Positions 1 to 12,031 of a DNA stretch of 64,000 nucleotides are shown piece by piece. The notes under the pieces are model-generated. The model did not search any database. It saw only the letters and a list, made by a program, of their open reading frames with translations, and was not told the DNA's origin. Within the stretch, counting starts at the first letter, position 1. The number at the start of each line of letters is the position of its first letter. The stretch lies in assembly GCA_964016885.1 (NCBI GenBank), contig OZ024745.1, positions 78,678,001 through 78,742,000 on the forward strand. The letters are read 5' to 3'. The DNA comes from Eledone cirrhosa (lineage: Eukaryota). The position numbers were made by a program, and so were the translations under genes.

Positions 1-207
1 TATTATTATATACTTTCGTCTTTTCATTAACTTAATTAATTTCAAATAACCAGAATATACATATATATATATATACTCATATTTATATATATACTCTTCT
101 CACTCACACACAAGAAAAACAAAAAACAAAAATAAATCAAAAATAAATTTAAAAAAAATATATATATTGAAATACTTAACTAAAACACACACACACTCAA
201 AACTAGA

Positions 208-1373
208 ATGGCTAACCAGCAAAAATCCAAACAGAACTGGTCTGATAATGAAATCGACATTCTAATAAACACATGGCATTGCCTTTCCCAAACAGAAGAT
301 ATAGATGCTTCATCTCTGAACGACATTGCTAAACGTACAGTTCAATTTTTGAAAACTCGATCTGAACAACAGATTCAAAATAAATTAAAGCAAATCGAAA
401 TTGCTTTTAAATTAATCAATAAACATTTGGATAAACTACGGTGTGTTTTCTCTTCGAATGCTGTCCAGCAGCAGCAACATAACAACAGCAGCTACAACAG
501 CAACAACAACAACAGCTACAACAACAACATCAACAACAGCAACAACAACAACAACGACAACAACAGTGTGAACCACTCCTTGATTCATCAACAATGGCCG
601 ATCTACTAAATGAAACTATTGACCCCCCAGTAGCCTCTGTCTCACAGCATGAAACGCCACATCCTTTCTCTGGCCCAGCAGTCCAATCATCACCACTGCC
701 AACATCTCTGCCTACTACTACTACTACTACTACAACATTTTTGTCTACTGCTATGTCAAGGAATTTACCTTCTAATACCAGTACAAGAAGTCTCCCTCCC
801 ACAGTCCACAAAGGTCGTCAAATCCTACCCAAACCATCATCTACACCTCTCACAACACACACACCCACATACCCACCCACTCGAAACCCCATCATTTGCC
901 GCTACTCTCTACGCTATAGAATATGTACGGATAGTGGCTGCAAATTCACCCATTTACCTAGGACAAAACGATCTATCCCCACAAACAGCCACCACCATAA
1001 TACATACTCTAATTTAACACCAACACAACCACCAATAACTCAAACAAGGAATCCACAAATCTGCCGCTTTTCCCTGCGAGACAGATTGTGTTTAGACCGG
1101 GATTGTCCCTTTACCCATCTCCCGGGGACCCGTCGGACAAATGAAAATAAAATTAAAAATAAAAGCAAAAACAAAAACCAGAACCTACATAAAAATAACC
1201 ACTACCACAGTCACCAACAGTCTTCTAAACAGGAAACTTCTTCCTCTTTTTTAGCCATAATGAATCTGGCAAAAGAACTGGAAAAAACATTCGAGCTATC
1301 ACCCAGCACCACCCTCCACTATCACCCCACTGCACAAACTCCCATTGCTGCCATTAACAAACAAACAAATTAA
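208..1373 (+). pseudogene. LINE ORF1: Myb/SANT-like N-terminus, polyQ, two CCCH zinc fingers; 1-nt frameshift in the CAA tract
   Basis: ORF 208-609 has NWSDNEIDILINTW...RSEQQIQNKLKQI. ORF 594-1373 has [19 protein letters not shown] and [19 protein letters not shown]. The inverted copy (ORF 6077-7264) reads through the polyQ in one frame, so the two ORFs are one gene. Confidence 0.75.
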
Positions 1374-3760
1374 CAACACACCAAAACAATTAAAACCATC
1401 CACTCTCGCCTCTACATTTTTGCTTAACGCCCAAGGCATCAGCCCTTCCACCAATACTCAAAAATGGAAGATCAAATTCCTGGAGGACTGGATTGATGTC
1501 CATCCAAACCACATCCCTTTCTTCGTCCTCACTGAAACCCATCTCAGTAACCTCCACTTGGAAGCCGAGGTGAAAGTGAAAAATTTCAAAGCCATCCGTG
1601 CTGATCGCGCTGGCAGAAGAAAGGGCGGAACTGCCATTTATGTCCATAATTCTTTCTCAACAGAGGCTATGAACATATTCACTAATGGATACTGTGAAGC
1701 AGTCACTGTATTCAGTCAAACCAACAACCTATTAGTAGTTGGGCTCTATAGGCCACCCCAAACGCCTGTACCATGCTTCAAGGAATTCCTCAACAGCATA
1801 AAGTGTTTCATCCAAGAGTGTCACCCTGACAACATCTTAATGATGGGGGACTTCAACCTCCCCGGAGTTGACTGGTCCACAAACAGCCTGCCACCAGGTT
1901 CTTCTGCCTCAACCTCTGACAGGGAAGCTATGGAATCGCTTCTTGACTTCATGGATGATTTCTTCCTATCCCAACTGGTGCTCGAACCAACGAGGTGCCA
2001 CAAAAACGTCCTAGACTTAATTTTCAGCAATCACACTGACAATATCCACAATATTGCAGTGGAGAAAACTCTACTCTCTGATCATGACATGGTTCTCTGT
2101 GATCTGAGATTCCACCGTCCAATATACAAACCCAATGTCATCTCTCCTGTCCATCCGTTTGACGCTATGGATTTCCACAATGCAAACTGGGAAGCGATCA
2201 GTCATGATCTTGCACATGTCGACTGGTCCTTCACGCACACTCATACACCCACTAACATCAAAAAGTCCTGGCAGACATTTGTGGACACTGTTACAAACAT
2301 ATGTGCAACACACACCCCATTAAGAACTATAAACAAATCTAAGAGCAGAATCCCGAGAAATAGAAAAACGCTCATCAGAAAAATTAAGAGAACGAACAAA
2401 AAAATCAACAAGCTGAAATACTGTCAGCAGCAACACATCAACTTGACTGCCATTTCATCACTAGAGATTAAAAAACATAACCTCCAAAACAACATAATGT
2501 CCCTCATCAACAATCAGAGAAGAGCTGAAGAGGCCTGGGCCATTGAGAAGATCAAACTCAATCCCAAAGTGTTCTTTTCATTTGCAAAAAAACACAAAAT
2601 CACTGGCTCTACTGTTGGCCCTCTAATTGATGAAAATGGCACTCTTCAAGACAATGCTAAAACCATGGGTGAGATACTGCAGAAACAATACTGCTCTGTT
2701 TTCAGCAATCCTGATATGGCCGATCTGGGCTGTATCGGCGATGTTACTCCCCATTACACCTTATCGGACATAACGTTTGCGCCCCTGATGTCTTAGCGGC
2801 AATAAAGGAAATCAAGCATAATTCAGCAGTAGGTTTCGATAGGTTCCCTGCTTGTGTCTTGAAGGCGTGTCAACACCAACTTGCATCTCCTCTTGCCAAT
2901 CTGTGGCGGAACTCACTGGATGCTGGATATGTGCCAGAAAACCTTCTATCCCAGTCTGTTGTCCCAGTTTTCAAAAAGGGAAACAAATCCCTTGCCGTGA
3001 ATTACCGTCCAATCTCACTCACCTCTCATATCATTAAGGTATTTGAGCGAGTGGTGAGATCGCGAATGACCCACTTCCTTGAGAGTAACAATATTCTGAA
3101 CTCCAACCAGCATGGATTCCGTAATGGAAGGGATTGCCTGACGCAGCTACTGCATCACTTTGATGACATTTTGAGAGCCTTGGGAGAGGGTTCCAACACT
3201 GATGTTATCTACCTTGATTTCAGCAAGGCCTTTGACAGGGTTGATCATAACATTCTACTGAGAAAGCTGTCCAATATTGGTGTCACTGGAAAGCTGCTGC
3301 AGTGGATCAAGAGCTTCCTGTCAAACAGAACCCAACATGTTGTAGTTGAGGGAGTCAAATCAAGCCCAGCCAAAGTCAGTAGTGGGGTCCCACAAGGCAC
3401 TGTGTTGGGCCCACTTCTCTTCATCATCTATATTAATGACATCACTGACATCATCAAACACAGCAACATTAAAATTTTCGCTGATGATTCCAAGCTCCAA
3501 AAGGTCATCAATGGCGTGGATGACCGGATAAGCCTTCAGTCAGACCTACTGGCTGTTACCCAATGGGCAGAAAAGAACAACATGTTACTGAACGAAGACA
3601 AATTCGAACTGATCCACTTTGGAAAAGAGGATGCTCTGAAACTCCCGTACTCCCTTCCCTCCGGGGAAACTCTCGTGGCATCTAACAACATCAGAGACTT
3701 GGGAGTAACTGTGGACAGCAACATAAGCTGGACCACGCATATAAGCAGCAAAGTTGACAT
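1345..3760 (+). pseudogene. LINE ORF2 (APE endonuclease + reverse transcriptase), frameshifted near 2785 and truncated
   Basis: ORFs 1345-2796 (APE) and 2859-3902 (RT); the tail of the latter runs into the inverted arm. Confidence 0.9.
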
Positions 3761-6700
3761 AGCACCACCTGGCGAAGTCTTTCAATTCAGGATTTGGGCA
3801 CCATGGCCAATTCGAGAAGAGAATTACTGTTTGCGGAGACATATCCGGGTGTGGGTGGTTTGTCCGGGATTACTTGGAGGAATTTGTCCAAAGACTTCTT
3901 GAATTTTGTGTGGTCAGTTTCTGTTTTGACGTGTCCTGGTGTGATGTTGAAGAGAGCAGGGCCGATTGAGGTGAAATAATTGTGCCGTATTGTTGTTATG
4001 AGTTGCGATTTAGATTTTTGTTTGGGACGGATAGCACGGGGCCCAAGCCTTGGGTGTAATTTGAAGGTGATGCCAACATCATTTGGGCAGTGATGATGAA
4101 ACATTTTCCACATCATGCAGATAATATAACGCTCACGGCGACGTTGGAGTGAGTAAAGTTTCAGCTTTTCTAGTCGACCCCAGTAGTCAAGGTCTGACAT
4201 GCCATCTATCTTTTTCGTGATTGCCCTTTGGGGAGCTTCAAGTCTCATGATACTTTTGTCTCGTGTGGGGAGACCACAGTGGACAACAGTATTCTAGGTG
4301 TGGTCGGGCAAAAGTATAGAAGAGAAGGATAATGGTGTGGGAATCTCTCGACTGGAAGATTCTGAGGATCCAGGAACACATTCTGCGGGCCATGTCAACT
4401 TTGCTGCTTATATGCGTGGCCCAGCTTATGTTGCTGTCCACGGTTACTCCCAAGTCTCTGATGTTGTTAGATGCCACGAGAGTTTCCCCGGAGGGAAGGG
4501 AGTATAGGAGTTTCAGAGCATCCTCTTTTCCAAAGTGGATCAGTTCGAATTTGTCTTCGTTCAGTTACATGTTGTTCTTTTCCGCCCATTGGGTAACAGC
4601 CAGTAGGTCTGACTGAAGGCTTATCCGGTCATCCACGCCATTGATGACCTTTTGGAGCTTGGAATCATCAGCGAAAATTTTAATGTTGCTGTGTTTGATG
4701 ATGTCAGTGATGTCATTAATATAGATGATGAAGAGAAGTGGGCCCAACACAGTGCCTTGTGGGACCCCACTACTGACTTTGGCTGGGCTTGATTTGACTC
4801 CCTCAACTACAACATGTTGGGTTCTGTTTGACAGGAAGCTCTTGATCCACTGCAGCAGCTTTCCAGTGACACCAATATTGGACAGCTTTCTCAGTAGAAT
4901 GTTATGATCAACCCTGTCAAAGGCCTTGCTGAAATCAAGGTAGATAACATCAGTGTTGGAACCCTCTCCCAAGGCTCTCAAAATGTCATCAAAGTGATGC
5001 AGTAGCTGCGTCAGGCAATCCCTTCCATTACGGAATCCATGCTGGTTGGAGTTCAGCATATTGTTACTCTCAAGGAAGTGGGTCATTCGCGATCTCACCA
5101 CTCGCTCAAATACCTTAATGATATGAGAGGTGAGTGAGATTGGACGGTAATTCACGGCAAGGGATTTGTTTCCCTTTTTGAAAACTGGGACAACAGACTG
5201 GGATAGAAGGTTTTCTGGCACATATCCAGCATCCAGTGAGTTCCGCCACAGATTGGCAAGAGGAGATGCAAGTTGGTGTTGACACGCCTTCAAGACACAA
5301 GCAGGGAACCTATCGAAACCTACTGCTGAATTATGCTTGATTTCCTTTATTGCCGCTAAGACATCAGGGGCGCAAACGTTATGTCCGATAAGGTGTAATG
5401 GGGAGTAACATCGCCGATACAGCCCAGATCGGCCATATCAGGATTGCTGAAAACAGAGCAGTATTGTTTCTGCAGTATCTCACCCATGGTTTTAGCATTG
5501 TCTTGAAGAGTGCCATTTTCATCAATTAGAGGGCCAACAGTAGAGCCAGTGATTTTGTGTTTTTTTGCAAATGAAAAGAACACTTTGGGATTGAGTTTGA
5601 TCTTCTCAATGGCCCAGGCCTCTTCAGCTCTTCTCTGATTGTTGATGAGGGACATTATGTTGTTTTGGAGGTTTGGGGTGGCCTATAGAGCCCAACTACT
5701 AATAGGTTGTTGGTTTGACTGAATACAGTGACTGCTTCACAGTATCCATTAGTGAATATGTTCATAGCCTCTGTTGAGAAAGAATTATGAACATAAATGG
5801 CAGTTCCGCCCTTTCTTCTGCCAGCGCGATCAGCACGGATGGCTTTGAAATTTTTCACTTTCACCTCGGCTTCCAAGTGGAGGTTACTGAGATGGGTTTC
5901 AGTGAGGACGAAGAAAGGGATGTGGTTTGGATGGACATCAATCCAGTCCTCCAGGAATTTGATCTTCCATTTTTGAGTATTGGTGGAAGGGCTGATGCCT
6001 TGGGCGTTAAGCAAAAATGTAGAGGCGAGAGTGGATGGTTTTAATTGTTTTGGTGTGTTGTTAATTTTTTTGTTTGTTAATGGCAGCAATGGGAGTTTGT
6101 GCAGTGGGGTGATAGTGGAGGGTGGTGCTGGGTGATAGCTCGAATGTTTTTTTCCAGTTCTTTTGCCAGTTTCATTATGGCTAAAAAAGAGGAAGAAGTT
6201 TCCTGTTTAGAAGACTGTTGGTGACTGTGGTAGTGGTTATTTTTATGTAGGTTCTGGTTTTTGTTTTTGCTTTTATTTTTAATTTTATTTTCATTTGTCC
6301 GACGGGTCCCCGGGAGATGGGTAAAGGGACAATCCCGGTCTAAACACAATCTGTCTCGCAGGGAAAAGCGGCAGATTTGTGGATTCCTTGTTTGAGTTAT
6401 TGGTGGTTGTGTTGGTGTTAAATTAGAGTATGTATTATGGTGGTGGCTGTTTGTGGGGATAGATCGTTTTGTCCTAGGTAAATGGGTGAATTTGCCGCCA
6501 CTATCCGTACATATTCTATAGCGTAGAGAGTAGCGGCAAATGATGAGGTTTCGAGTGGGTGGGTATGTGGGTGTGTGTGTTGTGAGAGGTGTAGATGATG
6601 GTTTGAGTAGGATTTGACGACCTTTGTGGACTGTGGGAGGGAGAGTTCTTGTACTGGTATTAGAAGGTAAATTCCTTGACATAGCAGTAGACAAAAATGT

Positions 6701-7028
6701 TGTAGTAGTAGTAGTAGTAGTAGGCAGAGAAGATGTTGGCAGTGGTGATGATTGGACTGCTGGGCCAGAGAAAGGATGTGGCGTTTCATGCTGTGAGACA
6801 GAGGCTATTGGGAGGTCAATAGTTTCATTTAGTAGATCGGCCATTGTTGATGAATCAAGGAGTGGTTCACACTGTTGTTGTCGTTGTTGTTGTTGTTGCT
6901 GTTGTTGATGTTGTTGTTGTAGCTGTTGTTGTTGTTGCCGTTGTAGCTGCTGTTGTTGTTGTTGCTGCTGCTGGACAGCATTCGAAGAAAAAACACACCG
7001 TAGTTTATACAAATGTTTATTGATTAAT
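3759..7028 (-). mobile_element. Same LINE, right inverted arm: 5'-truncated in ORF1, 718-bp deletion in the APE region, keeps the ORF2 C-terminus
   Basis: ORFs 6077-7264, 5655-6089, 5356-5655, 4565-5293, 4238-4477 and 3787-4248 mirror the left arm. The deletion joins left-arm positions 1763 and 2482 at an aac microhomology. There is a premature stop near 4565. The C-terminus reads LDKFLQVIPDKPPTPGYVSANSNSLL. Confidence 0.9.
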
Positions 7029-7186
7029 ACATATATATATATATATATATATATACATACATATATATATATATATATATACATACATATATATATATAC
7101 ATATATATATATACATATATATATACATATATATATACATATATATACATATATATATATACATATATATACATATATATATATAC

Positions 7187-7261
<75 letters not shown>

Positions 7262-7580
7262 CATATATATGTATGTATATATATATGTATGTATGTATAT
7301 ATATATGTATATATGTATATATATATATGTATTTATATGTATATATATGTATATATATATGTATTTATATGTATATATATGTATATATATATATGTATGT
7401 ATATGTATATATATGTATATATATATATGTATGTATATGTATATATATGTATATATATATGTATGTATATGTATATATATGTATATATATGTATATATAT
7501 ATATGTATGTATATGTATATATATGTATATATATATGTATATATATATATGTATGTATATGTATATATATGTATATATAT
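7029..7580. repeat. (TA)n microsatellite with TACA then TGTA interruptions
   Basis: Direct inspection. Confidence 0.95.
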
Positions 7581-7785
7581 AGTATTAGTTATACTATTTA
7601 TGGTTATGTAAACACAAAACCTTAAGCAGTTGTAAGTATTTTACACACACCCTAAATAGTGGTAGGCAGTAATGTATTACTACCTTATTACCAGTAAGTT
7701 AAGTAGCTCAATGTAAAAACATCAGATGATTTACAGAGCAGTTATATGAAATATAAGAATCAAAGAACTGTTCAAAACATTATTG

Positions 7786-7832
7786 TGCTTACAGCTGTTT
7801 CCTCCAAACCGAGGTTTGGATTCTTCGGAGCA
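7786..7832 (-). ncRNA. Minimal type I hammerhead ribozyme (U4C core) in PLE repeat
   Basis: tgct-CCGAAGA-a tccaaacc tc ggtttgga g-GAAA-cagctg-TA-agca, with palindromic stem III. Confidence 0.75.
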
Positions 7833-9275
7833 ATTTATTAATGCATGGACAGTTATATGACCTCCTTTTCAGCCGAGAGACATACCAATACATATTCAAA
7901 CATTGATACATATTCAAACATTGTGGGTCAACATTCATTACAAAATTTAGAGTGGCAGTACACACTTCGAGATTACATTTATATTAATAGGTACAGTCAA
8001 AAATCAAAGATATAGGTTAAAGTACAACATGAAGATAAGTGGTTATATAGTGCAAATGTTATATGTGTGGCACGCATGTGCGTCTTGTTTATATAGTGTG
8101 GCAGAGAGATATGTGTGGTAGAGGCACTTAGGTAGGTAAATAAGAGTGTTAGGTTGGTAGATCTGGTGGCAAAGTCTTTATATGATTGATGTAGTCTGTG
8201 TGTGGAGAAATATTATAAGTATTAAAGATAGTGCAAGCATTAAAAGTGTTATAAGTATTGGGGATGCACAACGCAGGGATGTCAAGTAATTCATGTACTT
8301 CGGCATTTTCATGGTCAAGGGAGTGTATATTTCGATTATATGCCTTTCACATAATCCACGACAATCCAGTTAGAGATCGTAGTCTGGTGTTCTTTAGTTC
8401 GATACAGGAGGTTGTTACGTTTCGAGAGACGCTATTGAATACCGGAAGTGTGTGTGTGGCTAAGGGGAGTTAATGCATGCGGGGAGGTAACTCTGGGGTT
8501 TCTATATCTAGCCATTAAAATGTGTCCCAATATGGACCCTAAATTCTATGGTGAGGTGCACCTTCCAAGAGAGACTTTTAAAGCATAAAGTGCACTAACT
8601 ATAGAGTAGTTTAACTAAATTATGCTGAAGGTGATCATATTATTATTAAGGTGGATTAACCCATCTTAAGGTGCTACAAATGGAAATTATAGATGATGAG
8701 CGAGGATTCTAAATTAATGATCTCTGTGGTTGTAGTCTGCTCATATGACCAGGCGCGGTGATTGCAGGATTGCTTCAGGACCCAATGATCTCTGGTAAGA
8801 TCTGGGTCATCGCTTGCTACATTGGATGTCGAAAGATAATCGTCCCCAGGCAGGCCAAAGGTCAATCCGCAGTCCTCGCGACCCCTCTCTGACCGTCAGA
8901 TCATCCATATACGTACAACCCGCACGGCAGTTGCATTGCATTCACTCACTGCGCTCAGCAGCCCGGTCCTACTGGTCAACAGCGCTACTCGATTAAATCA
9001 TTTTACATCTGTCTAAGGAAGGTGTTTCCTCTGCCCAACACCATCCAACCGATCAATTCATGCTCAAATTACCCTTAGAGTGGTGTAGTGCCGTCCAGGT
9101 GGGTGGATGTTGTCACACCTGCCGTAGAGGTATAAATGGGTATTTTCCCTGCGAAGGGTTCCAGAGGGATGTCGTTGTTTGTGTTATAATGGATCAGCTA
9201 GTGTTGGGTATGTAGTATAGGGTGTGTCTCTGGTGTTTGATGCTAGATGTGGTGTTAGGTTCCAGTCCGACATTG

Positions 9276-11735
9276 CTATATATAGGGCTTAAAGTTTTGG
9301 AAGGAATGTCTGAGGCGGTGTTGGCAAGTTGCAAACACCTCAGATTTTTTGTTAAGTAGGTTACGGTTGGAGAAGATAATATTGTGTGTCTCTAGTATAC
9401 AGAGGTTACAGAATTTATTAGGTGGTTTGTACGAGGTCGCGCTGCCTATCACTTCCCATTTGAGTGTGTATGGTTTATTTTTAGATTTTAGATAGTGTAT
9501 GTAGCTAGAAAGTGAGGTGGAGTTGGCTAGGCTGTGCTTTTTGAACGAGTGGATGTGCGAGTTATATCTAATTTTGAAGCAGTTAGAAGTGGAGCCTACA
9601 TAGGTTTCTGAAGAGTTATTAGTCGTGACTGTGCATGAGTATATGACATCCTTGGTTAGGCATTTTTTATCTAAGGGGCAGGTTCTATTAGCTCTACAGT
9701 TACAATTATTCTGTGCGTTAGTCCGCTGGTTATAATGCAATGCGGAAGTCTGTGTGGTGGATATAGGATTTTGGGTATTCAGGTTGACAACCCTGGTGTT
9801 ATTACTTATACTAGTGTTATTTCTATTGTTACTGCCGTTGCTATTGTTGCTTGCTACAGTGGTATTTAGAGGGTTTGCATCCCGTTGTGATTTTGTTTGT
9901 TGGAAGTAAGAACTAATTTTACTATTATTGCTGCTAGCTATGTGGTATGCTAAGTTAGGCGTCGTAGAGTATGAGATTTTAATGGTGTTTTTGTTTAAGA
10001 GGTTGTGGTACTTGTGTCCTAGAGGGAAGTTTTTATCTAGTAGTGAGAAGAAAGCCCTAGGTATGTTGGTGGAGACATTTAGGTTGAAAGGAGGGTTGAA
10101 AAATGTATTATTTCTTCTTCTATTTTTGCGTTTAGTGTTTGGTGTGTTGCTTCCTCTTAAGGCCTCACAGTAGTTTCCATGGTAATGGTTACTTCCGGTG
10201 GCACCCTCCGCTTTGGTGTACTTGTGGTTGCTATTCCTATTATTAGATTTCCTCATGGACATGTTGTGCGAGATGATGTTGTAGCTATGTGTTTTCTTAG
10301 GTAGGAACTCTATTTCTATATTATGGCCGGAGCTAGCTAATGCTTGATTGTAATATTGTGAGTTTTTGCTAAATATGTTTGCGTCATAGGACAGACTAGA
10401 GATTCTATTGGACACCCCCTTAGAGATAGAGTTTAATATTGATCTAGGGTGATTAGACTTGGTATCTACGTAAATAAGTTTCTCATTAGGCTTATGGAAA
10501 GGTGTATATATTTTTGAGTCTAGGTATAGTGTGGCGTCTAGGAAGTTAACATTTTTAGTGTTTTTGTCCATGGTGATACTAAGGTTAAAGTTTTTGAATG
10601 TCTTATGCAGTTGTTTTCTAGTTCTTTCTATATTAAATTTTTTATATTCTATGAGTAGAAGTGCATCATCGCGGTACAAACCACCGTTGAGGTAAGGGAG
10701 GTCTTTATGGATTTCATTGAGGAGGTATAGGCCGACCAAATCAGTGACCTGCGCCGAGTCACTAGATCCCATGGTTATGTCGAAGTTGTTGTGCGTATCC
10801 TTGCGTGTCCATAGTTGGTCCTCGAAGGTGATTATGGTTTTACGGGCCGCAAGGATGACATCAACCTGGGCTCTAGTCAGGTCGCTATTGGTCATGGCCA
10901 TGATAAGTGCCTTATTTAATAGGATAGGGGAAATAGAGGTGTAGTATGAATTGATATCAAATTGAATAAATTTTTTGTTCTTATTATTCTTGATATCCTT
11001 AAACCATTCAATTACTTCACCCGTATTTCCCCATTGTTTAAGGTGTATCTTGTGTTTAATTTGTGGGATGATTTTATCCAAAATCTTCTTGCTGATAATA
11101 CCAATGTCGGACTTGGAAGGGCAGATAAGTCTTATCGTGGGGTTGGTGATGAAGTTCTCCTTATGGTCCTTCAGAGAGAATCTAGGGGGGTTCGGAGTGA
11201 AAGGTTGTGTATGCCTCTGTAGTCCTAGTTTAGACACTATATTATAACCCTCTACATTAATATCTTCTAAGTTTTTCAAGGTGGTTTTTTTGTAGCTTTT
11301 ATGTAGTTCATTATATATAAACTTTCTATAAGTAATATAATCTAGGCTGTATATGTTATTAGTTTTATCTGCGTGTACAATAATTTTATTACTAGTTTTG
11401 AATCCACTAATAGAAGTGTTAAGTTTGTTTAAGAAGGTGTTGCTTCTAATATGGTGCTTATTGTATTTAATGTTCTTAACTAGTTTAACTAGGTCATTTT
11501 CAAAGGAGTTAAGTAGAGTGTTATGAGGGGGGCTTTTAAAGGTTTTAAAGCCGAAGGAGTCAAAATTGTTAGTATTATTCAAGTTGTTAGATTTGTTTCT
11601 ATCATAATGGAATGTCCTCCATCTCACTCTATTGATAAATGAATTTACACTGTTGATCAGCAATTTCTCATATGTATTCCTGGATGGTATTGGTATGTTC
11701 TTGGTTGACATGGGGAGTTGGTCTTTGATTAGCAT
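9276..11735 (-). CDS. Penelope-like RT + C-terminal GIY-YIG endonuclease, 819 aa, apparently intact
   Basis: HADK, FDINSYYTSI, TMGS, YRDD and NFLD RT motifs. CNC-x5-CPL-x3-CL linker, then VIY...YVG...R...H, CNLCILE, LLNKKSE...CQH, which resembles the Naiad clade signature. Confidence 0.92.
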   Translation of the reverse strand: MLIKDQLPMSTKNIPIPSRNTYEKLLINSVNSFINRVRWRTFHYDRNKSNNLNNTNNFDSFGFKTFKSPPHNTLLNSFENDLVKLVKNIKYNKHHIRSNTFLNKLNTSISGFKTSNKIIVHADKTNNIYSLDYITYRKFIYNELHKSYKKTTLKNLEDINVEGYNIVSKLGLQRHTQPFTPNPPRFSLKDHKENFITNPTIRLICPSKSDIGIISKKILDKIIPQIKHKIHLKQWGNTGEVIEWFKDIKNNKNKKFIQFDINSYYTSISPILLNKALIMAMTNSDLTRAQVDVILAARKTIITFEDQLWTRKDTHNNFDITMGSSDSAQVTDLVGLYLLNEIHKDLPYLNGGLYRDDALLLIEYKKFNIERTRKQLHKTFKNFNLSITMDKNTKNVNFLDATLYLDSKIYTPFHKPNEKLIYVDTKSNHPRSILNSISKGVSNRISSLSYDANIFSKNSQYYNQALASSGHNIEIEFLPKKTHSYNIISHNMSMRKSNNRNSNHKYTKAEGATGSNHYHGNYCEALRGSNTPNTKRKNRRRNNTFFNPPFNLNVSTNIPRAFFSLLDKNFPLGHKYHNLLNKNTIKISYSTTPNLAYHIASSNNSKISSYFQQTKSQRDANPLNTTVASNNSNGSNNRNNTSISNNTRVVNLNTQNPISTTQTSALHYNQRTNAQNNCNCRANRTCPLDKKCLTKDVIYSCTVTTNNSSETYVGSTSNCFKIRYNSHIHSFKKHSLANSTSLSSYIHYLKSKNKPYTLKWEVIGSATSYKPPNKFCNLCILETHNIIFSNRNLLNKKSEVFATCQHRLRHSFQNFKPYI

Positions 11736-11984
11736 ATTGGCAATATTATATGTCAGCTCAACGATATGGAGCAGTTAATAGTATTAGTTATACTATTTAT
11801 GGTTATGTAAACACAAAACCTTAAGCAGTTGTAAGTATTTTACACACACCCTAAATAGTGGTAGGCAGTAATGTATTACTACCTTATTACCAGTAAGTTA
11901 AGTAGCTCAATGTAAAAACATCAGATGATTTACAGAGCAGTTATATGAAATATAAGAATCAAAGAACTGTTCAAAACATTATTG

Positions 11985-12031
11985 TGCTTACAGCTGTTTC
12001 CTCCAAACCGAGGTTTGGATTCTTCGGAGCA
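11985..12031 (-). ncRNA. Minimal type I hammerhead ribozyme (U4C core) in PLE repeat
   Basis: Same motif, 4199 bp from the previous copy. Confidence 0.75.

Larger units (their letters stand above)
95..3760 (+). mobile_element. APE-RT non-LTR retrotransposon (CR1/L2/Proto2-like), left arm of a tail-to-tail inverted pair; 3'-truncated inside RT
   Basis: ORF1 (208-1373) is followed by an APE domain (NAQG, LTETHL, LYRPP, MGDFN, SDHD) and an RT domain (YRPISL, YLDFSKAFDRVDH, GVPQG, FADD). Identity with the right arm stops after gttgacat at 3760. The 5' boundary is approximate. Confidence 0.9.

Noticed and set aside
8258-8996. Short repeated ORFs (60-71 aa) in the PLE terminal repeat
   Set aside because: They recur only because the repeat is duplicated; no recognisable domain.
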